From Patescibacteria group bacterium (GTDB lineage: Bacteria > Patescibacteriota > Patescibacteriia > JAHJFT01): DNA of 64,000 nt. Shown piece by piece: positions 9,121-18,219 of the stretch. Under the pieces are notes generated by a model. It was not told the origin of the DNA. It saw nothing but the letters and a program-made list of their open reading frames with translations, and did no database searches. The translations under genes and the position numbers were made by a program. How positions within the stretch are numbered: the first letter of the stretch is position 1; each line of letters starts with the position of its first letter. The stretch spans positions 88,021 through 152,020 of the forward strand of contig JAQTTB010000001.1 of NCBI GenBank assembly GCA_028710985.1, written 5' to 3'.

Positions 9121-10180
9121 CTTTTCGTTTCGAATCGTTTGACCAGTCGTCGAGCATGTCCTGGATAAAAACGCTCACCACCGTGGCGATCGGTATTGCA
9201 AGTATGGCCCCGGCGATACCGCCGAGCTTGGCGCCGATCAAAAGCGCGGCGATGCTCACAATGGGGTTCAGGCCCACGGTTTTTTGAGTAATCTTTGGCG
9301 TTAGTACATTATTCTCAAGCTGCTGAATCAAAATATAAACTATCAATACCAAAAGCGCCTTGACCGGCGATTGCACGAATGCGAGAAATATCGCTGGCAC
9401 GGAGGCGAGAACCGGACCGAGATACGGCACGAATTCAGCCGCTGCTGCGATAAGCGCTAGCATTAAAGCATAATGCACGCCCAAAATGGTAAGAGCAATA
9501 TATACAAGCAGCCCGACTAAAAAACTGATCAAAATCTGACCGCGCAGCCAAAGTCCGATTTTGACTTTCATGCGAGAAATCAGTTGAGCGACGTACGGCT
9601 GGTATTTCACTGGTGTTATATTATGGAAGGTGCGCTTCGCTGAGCTCTCCTCCGCAACCATATAGAAAGTCAATACTAATATAAGCACGATTGCCGCAAG
9701 GCCTCCAAAAAATCCGGTAATTGTGCCAAAGAGGCCGCTCATCGCACCGGTTAACCATTCTCCGGCCGCCACGAGCCCGCGCTCTACTCCGGATTCAATT
9801 CCGCGGGAATAGGCATATCCCTTAACGACATTAAAGCCGGATGTAATTTTTTCCCAATAATGCTCAAAATTCGCAGCAAGCTGTCCAATTTCTTCCACGA
9901 GCGGTGGAATAAGCAGAAATAGAATAACCGCGAGAAGCGCCAGAAGCACTACATAAATAAATATTACGGCGAGCGAGCGCGGAATCCGGTGTCTTTGAAA
10001 CCAGTCTGCAAAAGGATCAATCAAGGCGGCGAGGATCAATGCCACGAAAAATATGGCCAAGATATCCCTGATTATCCATAAAAAAACCAGGGTGAGCGCG
10101 ACTAACGCCACTTTGATTATTGTCATCGTGGAGATACCCACGACTCCCTGCCCCGAATGTGGAAATTTTTCAACTGTCAT
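9113..10180 (-). CDS. AI-2E family transporter
   Basis: EFVPYLGP, QQLENNVLTPKI, GAILAIP motifs. Confidence 0.92.
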   Translation of the reverse strand: MTVEKFPHSGQGVVGISTMTIIKVALVALTLVFLWIIRDILAIFFVALILAALIDPFADWFQRHRIPRSLAVIFIYVVLLALLAVILFLLIPPLVEEIGQLAANFEHYWEKITSGFNVVKGYAYSRGIESGVERGLVAAGEWLTGAMSGLFGTITGFFGGLAAIVLILVLTFYMVAEESSAKRTFHNITPVKYQPYVAQLISRMKVKIGLWLRGQILISFLVGLLVYIALTILGVHYALMLALIAAAAEFVPYLGPVLASVPAIFLAFVQSPVKALLVLIVYILIQQLENNVLTPKITQKTVGLNPIVSIAALLIGAKLGGIAGAILAIPIATVVSVFIQDMLDDWSNDSKRKDA

Positions 10181-10257
10181 AGCGATTTTTTACTTATTAT
10201 TAATATATAGTATACCAATTTTACAACATGCCGGTCAAACCACTATAATATAACGGT

Positions 10258-10707
10258 ATGCCCGCCATCAGTATCAACAAAAAAGGCCTGCACAATTACG
10301 AAATCCTGGAACGCTTCGAGGCCGGCATTGTTTTATCCGGCCAGGAGGTTAAATCCGTAAAAGGCGGCCAGATGCACCTGGACGGCGCCTATGTCCGCGT
10401 CCGCGGCGGCGAGGCCTGGCTCGTTGGCGCCGAAATCCCAAAATACCGCTTCGCCGGCCCTCTGCCGGATTACGACGCCCAGCGCACCCGCAAGCTCCTG
10501 TTCCGCAAGCGGGAAATCCGTTATTTAACCGGAAAAACCCAAGAAAAGGGGTTGACACTCGTGCCGGTTTCAGTGTATACTTCACGAAGTAAAATTAAGT
10601 TGGAAATCGGGCTGGCGCGTGGCCGGCAAAGCCATGATAAGCGCGATGTAATGAAAGAACGCGATGTCAAGCGCCAAATTGCCCGAGCCCTTAAAAGGGG
10701 GATGTAA
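10258..10707 (+). CDS. smpB: SsrA-binding protein SmpB
   Basis: NKKGLHNYEILERFEAGIVLSGQEVKS, RTRKLL, HDKR. Confidence 0.97.
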   Translation: MPAISINKKGLHNYEILERFEAGIVLSGQEVKSVKGGQMHLDGAYVRVRGGEAWLVGAEIPKYRFAGPLPDYDAQRTRKLLFRKREIRYLTGKTQEKGLTLVPVSVYTSRSKIKLEIGLARGRQSHDKRDVMKERDVKRQIARALKRGM

Positions 10708-11087
10708 AAGAATCGATAGGAGATCCTTTCATTGGATGCGAACCAAGGGCGGCCCGAACCTTGCAAATCCTCGGCCAATCAACAAATGCCAATTTCATGG
10801 CGAGAGTGAAGAGCGCTTTCAGCGTTCCTTCATTCCAAATGGCTATCGCATAAAATCGATGGCCCATCCGACCCGGTTAAGCTTGCTCACCGGGAGCCGG
10901 GTGTCATATCTGCAAGCTCGGCTCCTGCCGCTGCTCGCGGCCGGAACTTAAACAACCCAGAGCTCGTTTCGGTGTAATTTTGTCGGATTTCCTACCATCG
11001 AAATTAAAAAATCAAATCCGGACATGTTCGTAGAATTCCAATGGATCGGCTCACTAGACAGGGGTGCGATTCCCCTCATCTCCACCA
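10698..11087 (+). ncRNA. ssrA: tmRNA
   Basis: 5' GGGGATG pairs with 3' CATCTCC-ACCA including G3:U; T-arm AGGGG-TGCGATT-CCCCT; tag frame 10788-10853 ANFMARVKSAFSVPSFQMAIA*; next to smpB. Confidence 0.95.
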
Positions 11088-11225
11088 AACAGTTCATGCA
11101 GCCAAGAGTATTCAATATTTATCGATCGGGGTATTAATAGTAGTCCAAGGAATCGCACGGGCGCGAGAGTCCCGACGAAATGTCGGGACGGTGCGCAGCG
11201 CCCCGGACCCCGAGCGGAGCGAGGG

Positions 11226-11248
11226 GCGATTCCCCTCATCTCCACCAA
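11226..11248 (+). repeat. Direct repeat of the tmRNA 3' end (copy of 11066-11088)
   Basis: GCGATTCCCCTCATCTCCACCAA, exact 23-bp duplicate. Confidence 0.95.
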
Positions 11249-11262
11249 TTCCAATAATACCG

Positions 11263-11814
11263 ATGAGAATATCAAGAAAAAGATACAAAAAACCGGTTAA
11301 TATCGAACCCCAGTATTTTTATAACGAAAAAATCCGCGTGCCCGAAATCATGGTCATCGCGGAAGACGGCCAGAACCTCGGCGTCATGCCAACCCATGAA
11401 GCAATCCGCATCGCCGCCGAACGGGAACTCGATGTTGTGGAGGTTAATCCCAAGGCCGTTCCGCCGATTGCGAAAATAATGGATTACGGCCAATTTAAAT
11501 ACCAAAAAGAAAAAGAATTCAGAAAACTGCGCGCCGGAGCCCACCGCGTGGAAGTAAAAGGTATCCGCCTTTCCGTGCGCATCAGCGACCATGACCTTGC
11601 CATACGGTGCGAACAGGCAAAAAAATTTCTTGACTCCGGCGACCGCGTAAAAATTGAGATACTTCTGCGCGGACGCGAGAAACAGCATCCCGAACTCGCC
11701 TTTGAGCAGGTCAGCGAATTTATCAATCAGCTTTCGAACGTAATAAAATTAAAAATTGAACAACCGGCGACGCGCCAGGGAGGAATGGTAACCGCGCTTG
11801 TTACAAAAACTTAA
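11263..11814 (+). CDS. infC: Translation initiation factor IF-3
   Basis: NEKIRVPE, KIMDYGQFKY, VKGIRLSVRISDHD; start position is approximate. Confidence 0.95.
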   Translation: MRISRKRYKKPVNIEPQYFYNEKIRVPEIMVIAEDGQNLGVMPTHEAIRIAAERELDVVEVNPKAVPPIAKIMDYGQFKYQKEKEFRKLRAGAHRVEVKGIRLSVRISDHDLAIRCEQAKKFLDSGDRVKIEILLRGREKQHPELAFEQVSEFINQLSNVIKLKIEQPATRQGGMVTALVTKT

Positions 11815-11818
11815 ATCT

Positions 11819-12010
11819 ATGAAACCGAAAACAAAAAAAGCCTATTCCAAAAGATTTACCATCACTAAATCTGGAAAAGTCTTGAAACGCTATTGCGGAC
11901 AGGATCATTTTAACGCCCGCGATTCTGGAAATCAGACCCGAAAAAAACGCCGCGATACCAGCGTTTACAAGGCCTGGGGGAAATTAATTAAAGCATCCGT
12001 AAGTAAATAA
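11819..12010 (+). CDS. rpmI: 50S ribosomal protein L35
   Basis: MKPKTKKAYSKRFTITKSGK; lies between infC and rplT. Confidence 0.93.
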   Translation: MKPKTKKAYSKRFTITKSGKVLKRYCGQDHFNARDSGNQTRKKRRDTSVYKAWGKLIKASVSK

Positions 12011-12012
12011 AT

Positions 12013-12357
12013 ATGCCAAGAGTAAAACGAGGCACAACTCATTTAAAAAGACGGCATAAAATTCTCGCGCAGGCCAAAGGCTACCGCTGGGGCCGCAAAA
12101 ACCGAATCAAACTTGCGAAAACCGCTATCACAAAAGCCGGCGCCCATGCCTACCGCGACCGCAAGAATAAAAAAAGGCTGAACCGCGGTCTATGGCACAT
12201 CAAGATAAACGCCGCCGTCCGTCCACTCGGATTATCCTACAGCCGATTTATGAACGCACTGAAGAAAAAGAAAATTGAACTGGACCGCAAGGTTCTTGCC
12301 GATCTCGCGGAAAACGAACCCAAAATATTTGAAGCAATTGTAAAAGCCGTAAAATAA
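12013..12357 (+). CDS. rplT: 50S ribosomal protein L20
   Basis: MPRVKRG...AKGY...AYRDRK...LDRKVLADLA. Confidence 0.98.
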   Translation: MPRVKRGTTHLKRRHKILAQAKGYRWGRKNRIKLAKTAITKAGAHAYRDRKNKKRLNRGLWHIKINAAVRPLGLSYSRFMNALKKKKIELDRKVLADLAENEPKIFEAIVKAVK

Positions 12358-12366
12358 TCAATTTGT

Positions 12367-12420
12367 AAAAACATTCCGACCGCGACCTGCCTGCCGGCAG
12401 GCAGGATCGGAATGTTTTTT
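12367..12420 (+). terminator. Intrinsic terminator with a palindromic element in its loop
   Basis: AAAAACATTCCGA...TCGGAATGTTTTTT enclosing CCTGCCTGCCGGCAGGCAGG (12386-12405). Confidence 0.8.
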
Positions 12421-12515
12421 ATTCTAATTCAGCCATTGACATGCGGCAATCCGTGTGATAAATCAACATAATAAGTCCTTTGACCCAAACCAAACCTCAG
12501 AAGGAGGAAGCGATA

Positions 12516-13190
12516 ATGTCGGATGACGAAAAGAAAGAAGATAAAAAGGCCTCGGCTGGGACACTGATCGGAATCAAAAACCCTCCGGCCGTCCCGCCGG
12601 CCGCACCAGCGCCCGCGCCCGAACCCACGCACCTCACCCTGAAGGAAGTCGCGGACGACCCGGCTCCGGTCCGGCCAGTCACCCAGCCTCAACCCCTGGA
12701 ACCCGTCATGCCCGCGCCAACCGAAGCCCAGGTACAAGAGGCGCTGAACCGCGTCGCCACACCCGCGCCCTCGGCCAAGGCCGCCGCGCCGCCGAAAGCA
12801 GAGGAAAAGCGGCGCCTCATCCGAATCGCCGGCCAGGATCACGACCTGCTCCATCTCGTCACCGGAGCCATTATCGTGCTCTTTGTTTCGGTGATACTCG
12901 TTGCCATGATCGCCGCACTGGTGAACGATTCTATTTCTCACCACCACCCTCACCTAGCGGCTCCGATTCCGACGCACCTGACGCGCCTACTGCCCGCACC
13001 GCCGGTACTGATCTGTGACGAGCAAAGCGTCAAGACCGTCACCGCCGGCCGCATAGAATACACCGGCTGCCACTGGTTCCCACCCCGGCCCGCCGGCACC
13101 GTTCCAAAAACCCTGTACTGCGATGACAGCAATCATCCGACTGATATGCCGAACGGTAAAATCTGGTTCACTGACTGCAAACCCAAATAG
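12516..13190 (+). CDS. Pro/Ala-rich single-TM orphan protein with a small Cys-containing C-terminal domain
   Basis: AAGGAGG SD before the ATG at 12516; TTGACA at 12436; terminator GGACCC...GGGTCC-TTTT follows. Confidence 0.75.
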   Translation: MSDDEKKEDKKASAGTLIGIKNPPAVPPAAPAPAPEPTHLTLKEVADDPAPVRPVTQPQPLEPVMPAPTEAQVQEALNRVATPAPSAKAAAPPKAEEKRRLIRIAGQDHDLLHLVTGAIIVLFVSVILVAMIAALVNDSISHHHPHLAAPIPTHLTRLLPAPPVLICDEQSVKTVTAGRIEYTGCHWFPPRPAGTVPKTLYCDDSNHPTDMPNGKIWFTDCKPK

Positions 13191-13252
13191 CCTCTCCTCT
13201 TCCAGGACCCTCTCGGGTCCTTTTGTTTTTGTTTAAATAAAAAAATTCCACT

Positions 13253-13292
13253 GCGGACCGTACGGGATTCGAACCCGTGGTCTCCTCCGTGA
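13253..13292 (-). pseudogene. tRNA-Asp 3' fragment (duplicate)
   Basis: 40 bp identical to 13361-13400, then broken in the anticodon loop by a palindrome. Confidence 0.9.
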
Positions 13293-13361
13293 TCCCGCAG
13301 CTCGCTCGCTTCGCTCGCGAGTGCAGGACAGGCAGGAAGGCGCAAAATAAAAAAATCTCAG

Positions 13362-13437
13362 CGGACCGTACGGGATTCGAACCCGTGGTCTCCTCCGTGA
13401 CAGGGAGGCGTGTTAAACCAGGCTACACCAACGGTCC
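13362..13437 (-). tRNA. tRNA-Asp(GTC)
   Basis: Cloverleaf GGACCGT...CCTCC-CTGTCAC-GGAGG...TTCGAAT...ACGGTCC-G. Confidence 0.97.
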
Positions 13438-13465
13438 GCTGAGATTTTTTTAAAGAACTAGGTTA

Positions 13466-13524
13466 GCGTGCTTGTCCCGCACCCTTGCGGTGCGGGATTA
13501 AACCAGGCTACACCAACGGTCCGC
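13466..13524 (-). pseudogene. tRNA-Asp 5' fragment (duplicate) interrupted by a palindrome
   Basis: 13498-13524 matches the tRNA 5' part; GCGTG resumes on the far side of insert 13471-13497. Confidence 0.85.
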
Positions 13525-13620
13525 GATGGAATTTTTTATGTCCATAGTTTATCAAAACAGCATCAAATTGACAAGGGGTCGGGAATAAAAAAACGCACCA
13601 AGGGGTGCGTTCTGAAGAAC

Positions 13621-14244
13621 CTAGAGGAACATGCTTCCGATGAAAGGAAACCGTCCGGCCCGCTTCAGGGTCTTAACGATGTGCAGTCCGAACATCCACG
13701 GACAGTGGTTCTCGAACCGCAGGCCGGTCCGCGCGAGAATTGACGCCGTCTCTCCGCCCAGTATGAGATGGATTGGCCCGTTCTCGTCCCGGGTAAAAAG
13801 AGAACCTTCGAGCGAACTGAAGACATTGCCCCGCAGGCCGAGAGACCAGCAGGCAAGCTGGTTCAGGTCCCACATCCAGGTCACCGGATCAAGCGCGGCG
13901 CAGGGTTCGTCGCCCATGCGGCCGGTTGGCGCGCCCGGGCACGAGAGCATCTCGTAGCACCCGCTCTTCAGTGACGCAACCAGCCACTCGACGATTTCCC
14001 AAATGTCGCGGGATTTCTTGACGATAACTCTGCCTCCCTCCTCCGGCCGCAAATAGAAACGGTAGAATCCCGGTGAAAGCAATGACCGCGGATCTGCCAC
14101 CCATTCTATCGGCGGATCGCCTAGATACCCGGCGCAGCCAAGCATGGCTTTCATGAAATTGATCGCCATATCCGCTTCGCCGCACTCGCTTTCCCTTCGC
14201 AGCCTCGCTGTGCTGCTCGCCACCGTACCCAAGATCTCTTCCAT
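13621..14244 (-). CDS. Orphan hypothetical protein
   Basis: AGGAGG SD before the ATG at 14244; own promoter TTGACA-17-TATCGT (14307-14335). Confidence 0.65.
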   Translation of the reverse strand: MEEILGTVASSTARLRRESECGEADMAINFMKAMLGCAGYLGDPPIEWVADPRSLLSPGFYRFYLRPEEGGRVIVKKSRDIWEIVEWLVASLKSGCYEMLSCPGAPTGRMGDEPCAALDPVTWMWDLNQLACWSLGLRGNVFSSLEGSLFTRDENGPIHLILGGETASILARTGLRFENHCPWMFGLHIVKTLKRAGRFPFIGSMFL

Positions 14245-14341
14245 CTCGCCTCCTGTTTTCTCTCTTTTTCTAGGTTGAGGTTCAAGGAACAAAAAAGATG
14301 TATACAACGATACATCCATCTGCGGGCATTGTCAATATTTA

Positions 14342-16732
14342 TCAGCGCCCTTTGCCTTTGCTCCGTTCCATCTCCGCCACCCGCCGCCGTGTCGCGAGTA
14401 CGGTATCCGGATTCAACGAAATACTGTCAATCCCCTCTTTTACCAAAAAATCCGTGTATTCTGGATAATCCGACGGCGCCTGGCCGCAGATGCCGACTTT
14501 ACGGCCCGCGCGGTGGGCTTCGCGGATGACCTGGCGGATCAGAATTTTTACCGCCTCGTTGCGCTCGTCGTAGATATGGCTCACGAGCTCGGAATCGCGG
14601 TCAACACCGAGCGCGAGCTGTGTCAGATCATTGGAGCCAATGCTGAACCCGTCAAAAATTTTCGCGAACTCGCGGGCGAGTATCACGTTTGAGGGAATCT
14701 CGCACATCACATAAACCTCGAGCCCGCCCTCGCCCCGCCGGAGGCCGGACTTGGCCATTTCCGCCAAGACCCGCTCGCCTTCTCTGGGCGTGCGGCAAAA
14801 TGGTATCATCATGATAATATTTTTAAGCCCCCACTTTTCCCGCGCCCGCTTAATCGCCCGGCATTCCAAGCCAAAGGCTTGTTTGAATTTTTGATCATAG
14901 TATCGGCTCGCGCCGCGCCAGCCGAGCATGGGATTATTTTCTTTCGGCTCGAAATATTTTCCACCAATAAGACTCACGTATTCATTGGTTTTAAAATCCG
15001 AAAGCCGCACGATCACCGGCTTGGGATAAAAAGCCGCGGCAATACGCGCGATTCCTTCGGCAAGCTTTGCCACCACGTACTCGCTTTTATCCGGCCAGCC
15101 GCGGGTGAGCCGCGCGATCGCCCGCCGCGAGGCGGCGTCTTTTATTTTACCCGGATTGAGAATGGCAAGCGGATGTATTTTTATAAAATTCGTAAAAATA
15201 AATTCTTCGCGCGCCAGCCCCACTCCGTCATTCGGTAAAAATGAAAATTCAAACGCAAGCTCGGGCTCGCCCACGTTCATCATAATTTTAGTTTTCGTGC
15301 GCGGTATGTTTTTTAAAGCCGTACTACGGCGGATAAACGCGAGAATTCCGTTATAGACATAGCCGGTCTCGCCCTCGCAGCAGCTTACGGTCACGCTCTG
15401 TCCCGAACGGATAACTTTTGTCGCGTCTCCGGTGCCGACCACGCACGGAATGCCGAGCTCGCGCGACACAATTGCCGCGTGCGAAGTTTTGCCGCCCTGT
15501 TCGGTTACAATCGCGCTCGCGATTCTCATCAGCGGCTCCCAGTCCGGATCCGTAATACGCGTTACAAGCACTTCGCCCGGATGAAACTTTTTCATGTCGC
15601 GCGGATCGCGGATTATTCTTGCCCTGCCCTGGCCGATGCGCGACCCGATGCTCGAGCCGGCTGTTATGACCCGCCCTCTTTTTTTAAGCCGGTATTCGTA
15701 AATCACATTCTTGTTCTTTTGCGACTGCACGGTTTCCGGCCGCGCCTGCACAATAAAAATTTCACCGGTCCGGCCGTCTTTTGCCCATTCGATATCCTGC
15801 GGCCGACCGTAATACTTTTCAATTCTTATTGCCCATCGCGCGAGCTTCAGGATATCCGCGTCCGAAAGCACCAGGCGGTCCCGGAGGGCCGCCGGCATTT
15901 TCGCCTGGCGCGTCCCGCCCTTCGCGTAAACAAGCTTCACATCCTTTGTGCCGATAATCTTGCTGATAATCGCCGGAAATCCCTTGGCGAGCGTGGGTTT
16001 AAAAACATAATACTGGTCCGGCGTCACGCGCCCCTTTACTACATATTCGCCGAGACCCCAGGAGGCATTAACCAAAACCACGTCCGAAAATCCGCTTTCC
16101 GTATCCAGCGTGAAAATGACCCCGGCCGACCCCAAATCGCTGCGCACCATTTTTTGCACCCCGATCGAAAGATAAGTGCCCATGTGGCTAAAGCCCTGGT
16201 CCTCGCGATACGAGATCGCACGGTTGGTAAAAAGCGAAGCAAAGCACATCTTGCAGCGCTGCACCAAATTTTCGGCTCCGCGCACGTTAAGATATGTCTC
16301 CTGCTGGCCGGCAAATGACGCGCTCGGCAAATCCTCGGCCGTTGCGGACGAACGGACTGCCACGTCGGTAAACGCCTCACCGTATTCGCGGGAGAGTTTG
16401 ACATAAGCCGTTTTGATTTCATGTGCAAGGTCTGCCGGCATTTCCGAATCGAGCATGAGCCGGCGGATCTCTTCACCGCATTTTGCGAGGGCGCGGACAT
16501 CATGGCTCCGCAAGCCGCCGAGAATCAGCCGGATTTTTCTATCAAGCTTGTTGCTTTTCAAAAAATGCTGATATGCGTACGCCGTCACCGCGAATCCGTT
16601 TGGAATTTTTATGCCCCCCGGCGTAAGCGAATGGTACATCTCGCCAAGCGACGCGTTTTTCCCGCCAACAAAAGAAACATCCTTCGCGCGGATGTCTTTA
16701 AACCACAAAATAAACCTCCTCTTTTTTTTCAT
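14342..16732 (-). CDS. ppsA: Phosphoenolpyruvate synthase
   Basis: VGGKNASLGEM, AVRSSATAEDL, TSHAAIVSRELG, FSIGSNDLTQ. Confidence 0.97.
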   Translation of the reverse strand: MKKKRRFILWFKDIRAKDVSFVGGKNASLGEMYHSLTPGGIKIPNGFAVTAYAYQHFLKSNKLDRKIRLILGGLRSHDVRALAKCGEEIRRLMLDSEMPADLAHEIKTAYVKLSREYGEAFTDVAVRSSATAEDLPSASFAGQQETYLNVRGAENLVQRCKMCFASLFTNRAISYREDQGFSHMGTYLSIGVQKMVRSDLGSAGVIFTLDTESGFSDVVLVNASWGLGEYVVKGRVTPDQYYVFKPTLAKGFPAIISKIIGTKDVKLVYAKGGTRQAKMPAALRDRLVLSDADILKLARWAIRIEKYYGRPQDIEWAKDGRTGEIFIVQARPETVQSQKNKNVIYEYRLKKRGRVITAGSSIGSRIGQGRARIIRDPRDMKKFHPGEVLVTRITDPDWEPLMRIASAIVTEQGGKTSHAAIVSRELGIPCVVGTGDATKVIRSGQSVTVSCCEGETGYVYNGILAFIRRSTALKNIPRTKTKIMMNVGEPELAFEFSFLPNDGVGLAREEFIFTNFIKIHPLAILNPGKIKDAASRRAIARLTRGWPDKSEYVVAKLAEGIARIAAAFYPKPVIVRLSDFKTNEYVSLIGGKYFEPKENNPMLGWRGASRYYDQKFKQAFGLECRAIKRAREKWGLKNIIMMIPFCRTPREGERVLAEMAKSGLRRGEGGLEVYVMCEIPSNVILAREFAKIFDGFSIGSNDLTQLALGVDRDSELVSHIYDERNEAVKILIRQVIREAHRAGRKVGICGQAPSDYPEYTDFLVKEGIDSISLNPDTVLATRRRVAEMERSKGKGR

Positions 16733-16755
16733 ACGTCCTAATATATTTTTTGTAC

Positions 16756-16775
16756 GGGTCGCATATATGCGACCC
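16756..16775. repeat. Palindrome GGGTCGCATATATGCGACCC (also at 47248 and 52330)
   Basis: Perfect 20-bp palindrome; its core recurs three times in the window. Confidence 0.9.
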
Positions 16776-16776
16776 T

Positions 16777-18219
16777 CTATACCTCGCGAATTTCCACCAA
16801 ATTTACCCTCCCCGAGCGTCCAACCGGCTCGCCGGCGATCACAATGATGCTTTCTTCTTTTTTTACAAATTTATTTTTCTTGAGATATCCGAGCGAACGG
16901 TCAACCAGCTCCTCGATACTGCGACAGGACGGCAGCATAAACGGACGCACCGCCCAGGAAAGATTGAGCTGGTGCATTACCCTCTCGTCGTCGGTGGTGA
17001 CAAAAATCGGCAGTTCCGGCCGGTAGCGACTGACGAGTCGCCCAGCGCTTCCGGAAAGCGATGCCACGAGTATGAGCCGCGCGCCAACGCTTGCCGCCAG
17101 GAGATGCGCGCTCTGTGAAATCGCCTCCTCGATGGGCTGCAATTTTTTGACATACTTCTTAAAAACCAAATCGTCATAATGCGACGCCTCGGTCTCAACG
17201 ATAATCTTTGCCATGGTTTCCACGGTTTTCACCGGATAGGCGCCGTTCGCCGTCTCGCCGGAGAGCATAACCGCGTCGGTATGGTCAATCACCGCGTTCG
17301 CCACGTCCGAAACTTCGGCGCGCGTCGGCCGCGGATTGCGGGTCATTGATTCAAGCATCTGCGTCGCCACAATCACGGGCTTGGCCGCGTCCAGGCACTT
17401 TTCGATAATTCGCTTTTGCGCGAGCGGCACGTCTTCGGCCGGAGTCTCGATTCCCAAATCGCCACGCGCCACCATGATCGCGTCCGCCGCTTCAATTATC
17501 TCATCAATATGTTTTAGTGCCTCATGCTTTTCAATCTTGGCAATAATGCGGATCGGATGGTCCGGCGAATTCTTGAGCCGTTTCTCCGAGTCGCGGATCA
17601 TATATCTCAAATCATAAACATCCTTGGCGCTCTTTACGAACGAAAGCGCCATATAATCAACGCCGAGCGAAACCGCGAGTTTCATGTCTTTTTTATCCTT
17701 ATCCGTGATCGCCGGCACGCTCAAAGTGGCGGTTGGAAGATTAATCCCCTTGTGCGACGTCAAGAGCCCGCCGACCGTGACACGCGTCTTTATTACGCGC
17801 CCGGCCACGGCCTGGACTTCGAGTTCAATTAAGCCATCATCAAGCAAAATTGCATCCCCGGGTCCCACATCCTTATGCAAATTTTTATAACCAACCGGGA
17901 TAATTCTGTCCCGGTATTTATCCGTGGCCGTGGAAAGCGCTATTGTATCGCCCGGCCGGAGATTCACTCCCTTCCCTGGCACTTCACCAATGCGGATTTT
18001 GGGTCCGGATAAATCCGCGACAATTGCCACCGGCTCGCCGGCGCGCTTTGCGGCCGCGCGGATTGTTTTGTACAGCCGGCGGTGTTCGCTGTGGGTTCCG
18101 TGAGAAAAATTAAGACGGGCAACATTCATGCCCGCTTTTATCATCGCCTCAAGCACGGCCGGTTTTTCCGAAGCCGGACCAATGGTGCAAACTATCTTGG
18201 TTCTCTTTACTTTTTTCAT
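16777..18219 (-). CDS. pyk: Pyruvate kinase
   Basis: RTKIVCTIGPAS, RLNFSHG, IMVARGDLG, ATQMLESM, DAVMLSGET. Confidence 0.98.
   Translation of the reverse strand: MKKVKRTKIVCTIGPASEKPAVLEAMIKAGMNVARLNFSHGTHSEHRRLYKTIRAAAKRAGEPVAIVADLSGPKIRIGEVPGKGVNLRPGDTIALSTATDKYRDRIIPVGYKNLHKDVGPGDAILLDDGLIELEVQAVAGRVIKTRVTVGGLLTSHKGINLPTATLSVPAITDKDKKDMKLAVSLGVDYMALSFVKSAKDVYDLRYMIRDSEKRLKNSPDHPIRIIAKIEKHEALKHIDEIIEAADAIMVARGDLGIETPAEDVPLAQKRIIEKCLDAAKPVIVATQMLESMTRNPRPTRAEVSDVANAVIDHTDAVMLSGETANGAYPVKTVETMAKIIVETEASHYDDLVFKKYVKKLQPIEEAISQSAHLLAASVGARLILVASLSGSAGRLVSRYRPELPIFVTTDDERVMHQLNLSWAVRPFMLPSCRSIEELVDRSLGYLKKNKFVKKEESIIVIAGEPVGRSGRVNLVEIREV

Noticed and set aside
11041-11262. N-terminal extension of IF-3 in the ORF track
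   Set aside because: Runs through the tmRNA 3' end and its duplicate; IF-3 similarity begins after about 11263
13253-13524. Functional split or intron-containing tRNA-Asp
   Set aside because: The fragments do not cleanly rebuild the anticodon arm, no splicing motif is visible, and an intact copy is present
11088-13540. Prophage or integrative island at ssrA or tRNA-Asp
   Set aside because: No integrase or phage genes; the intervening genes are mostly core translation genes
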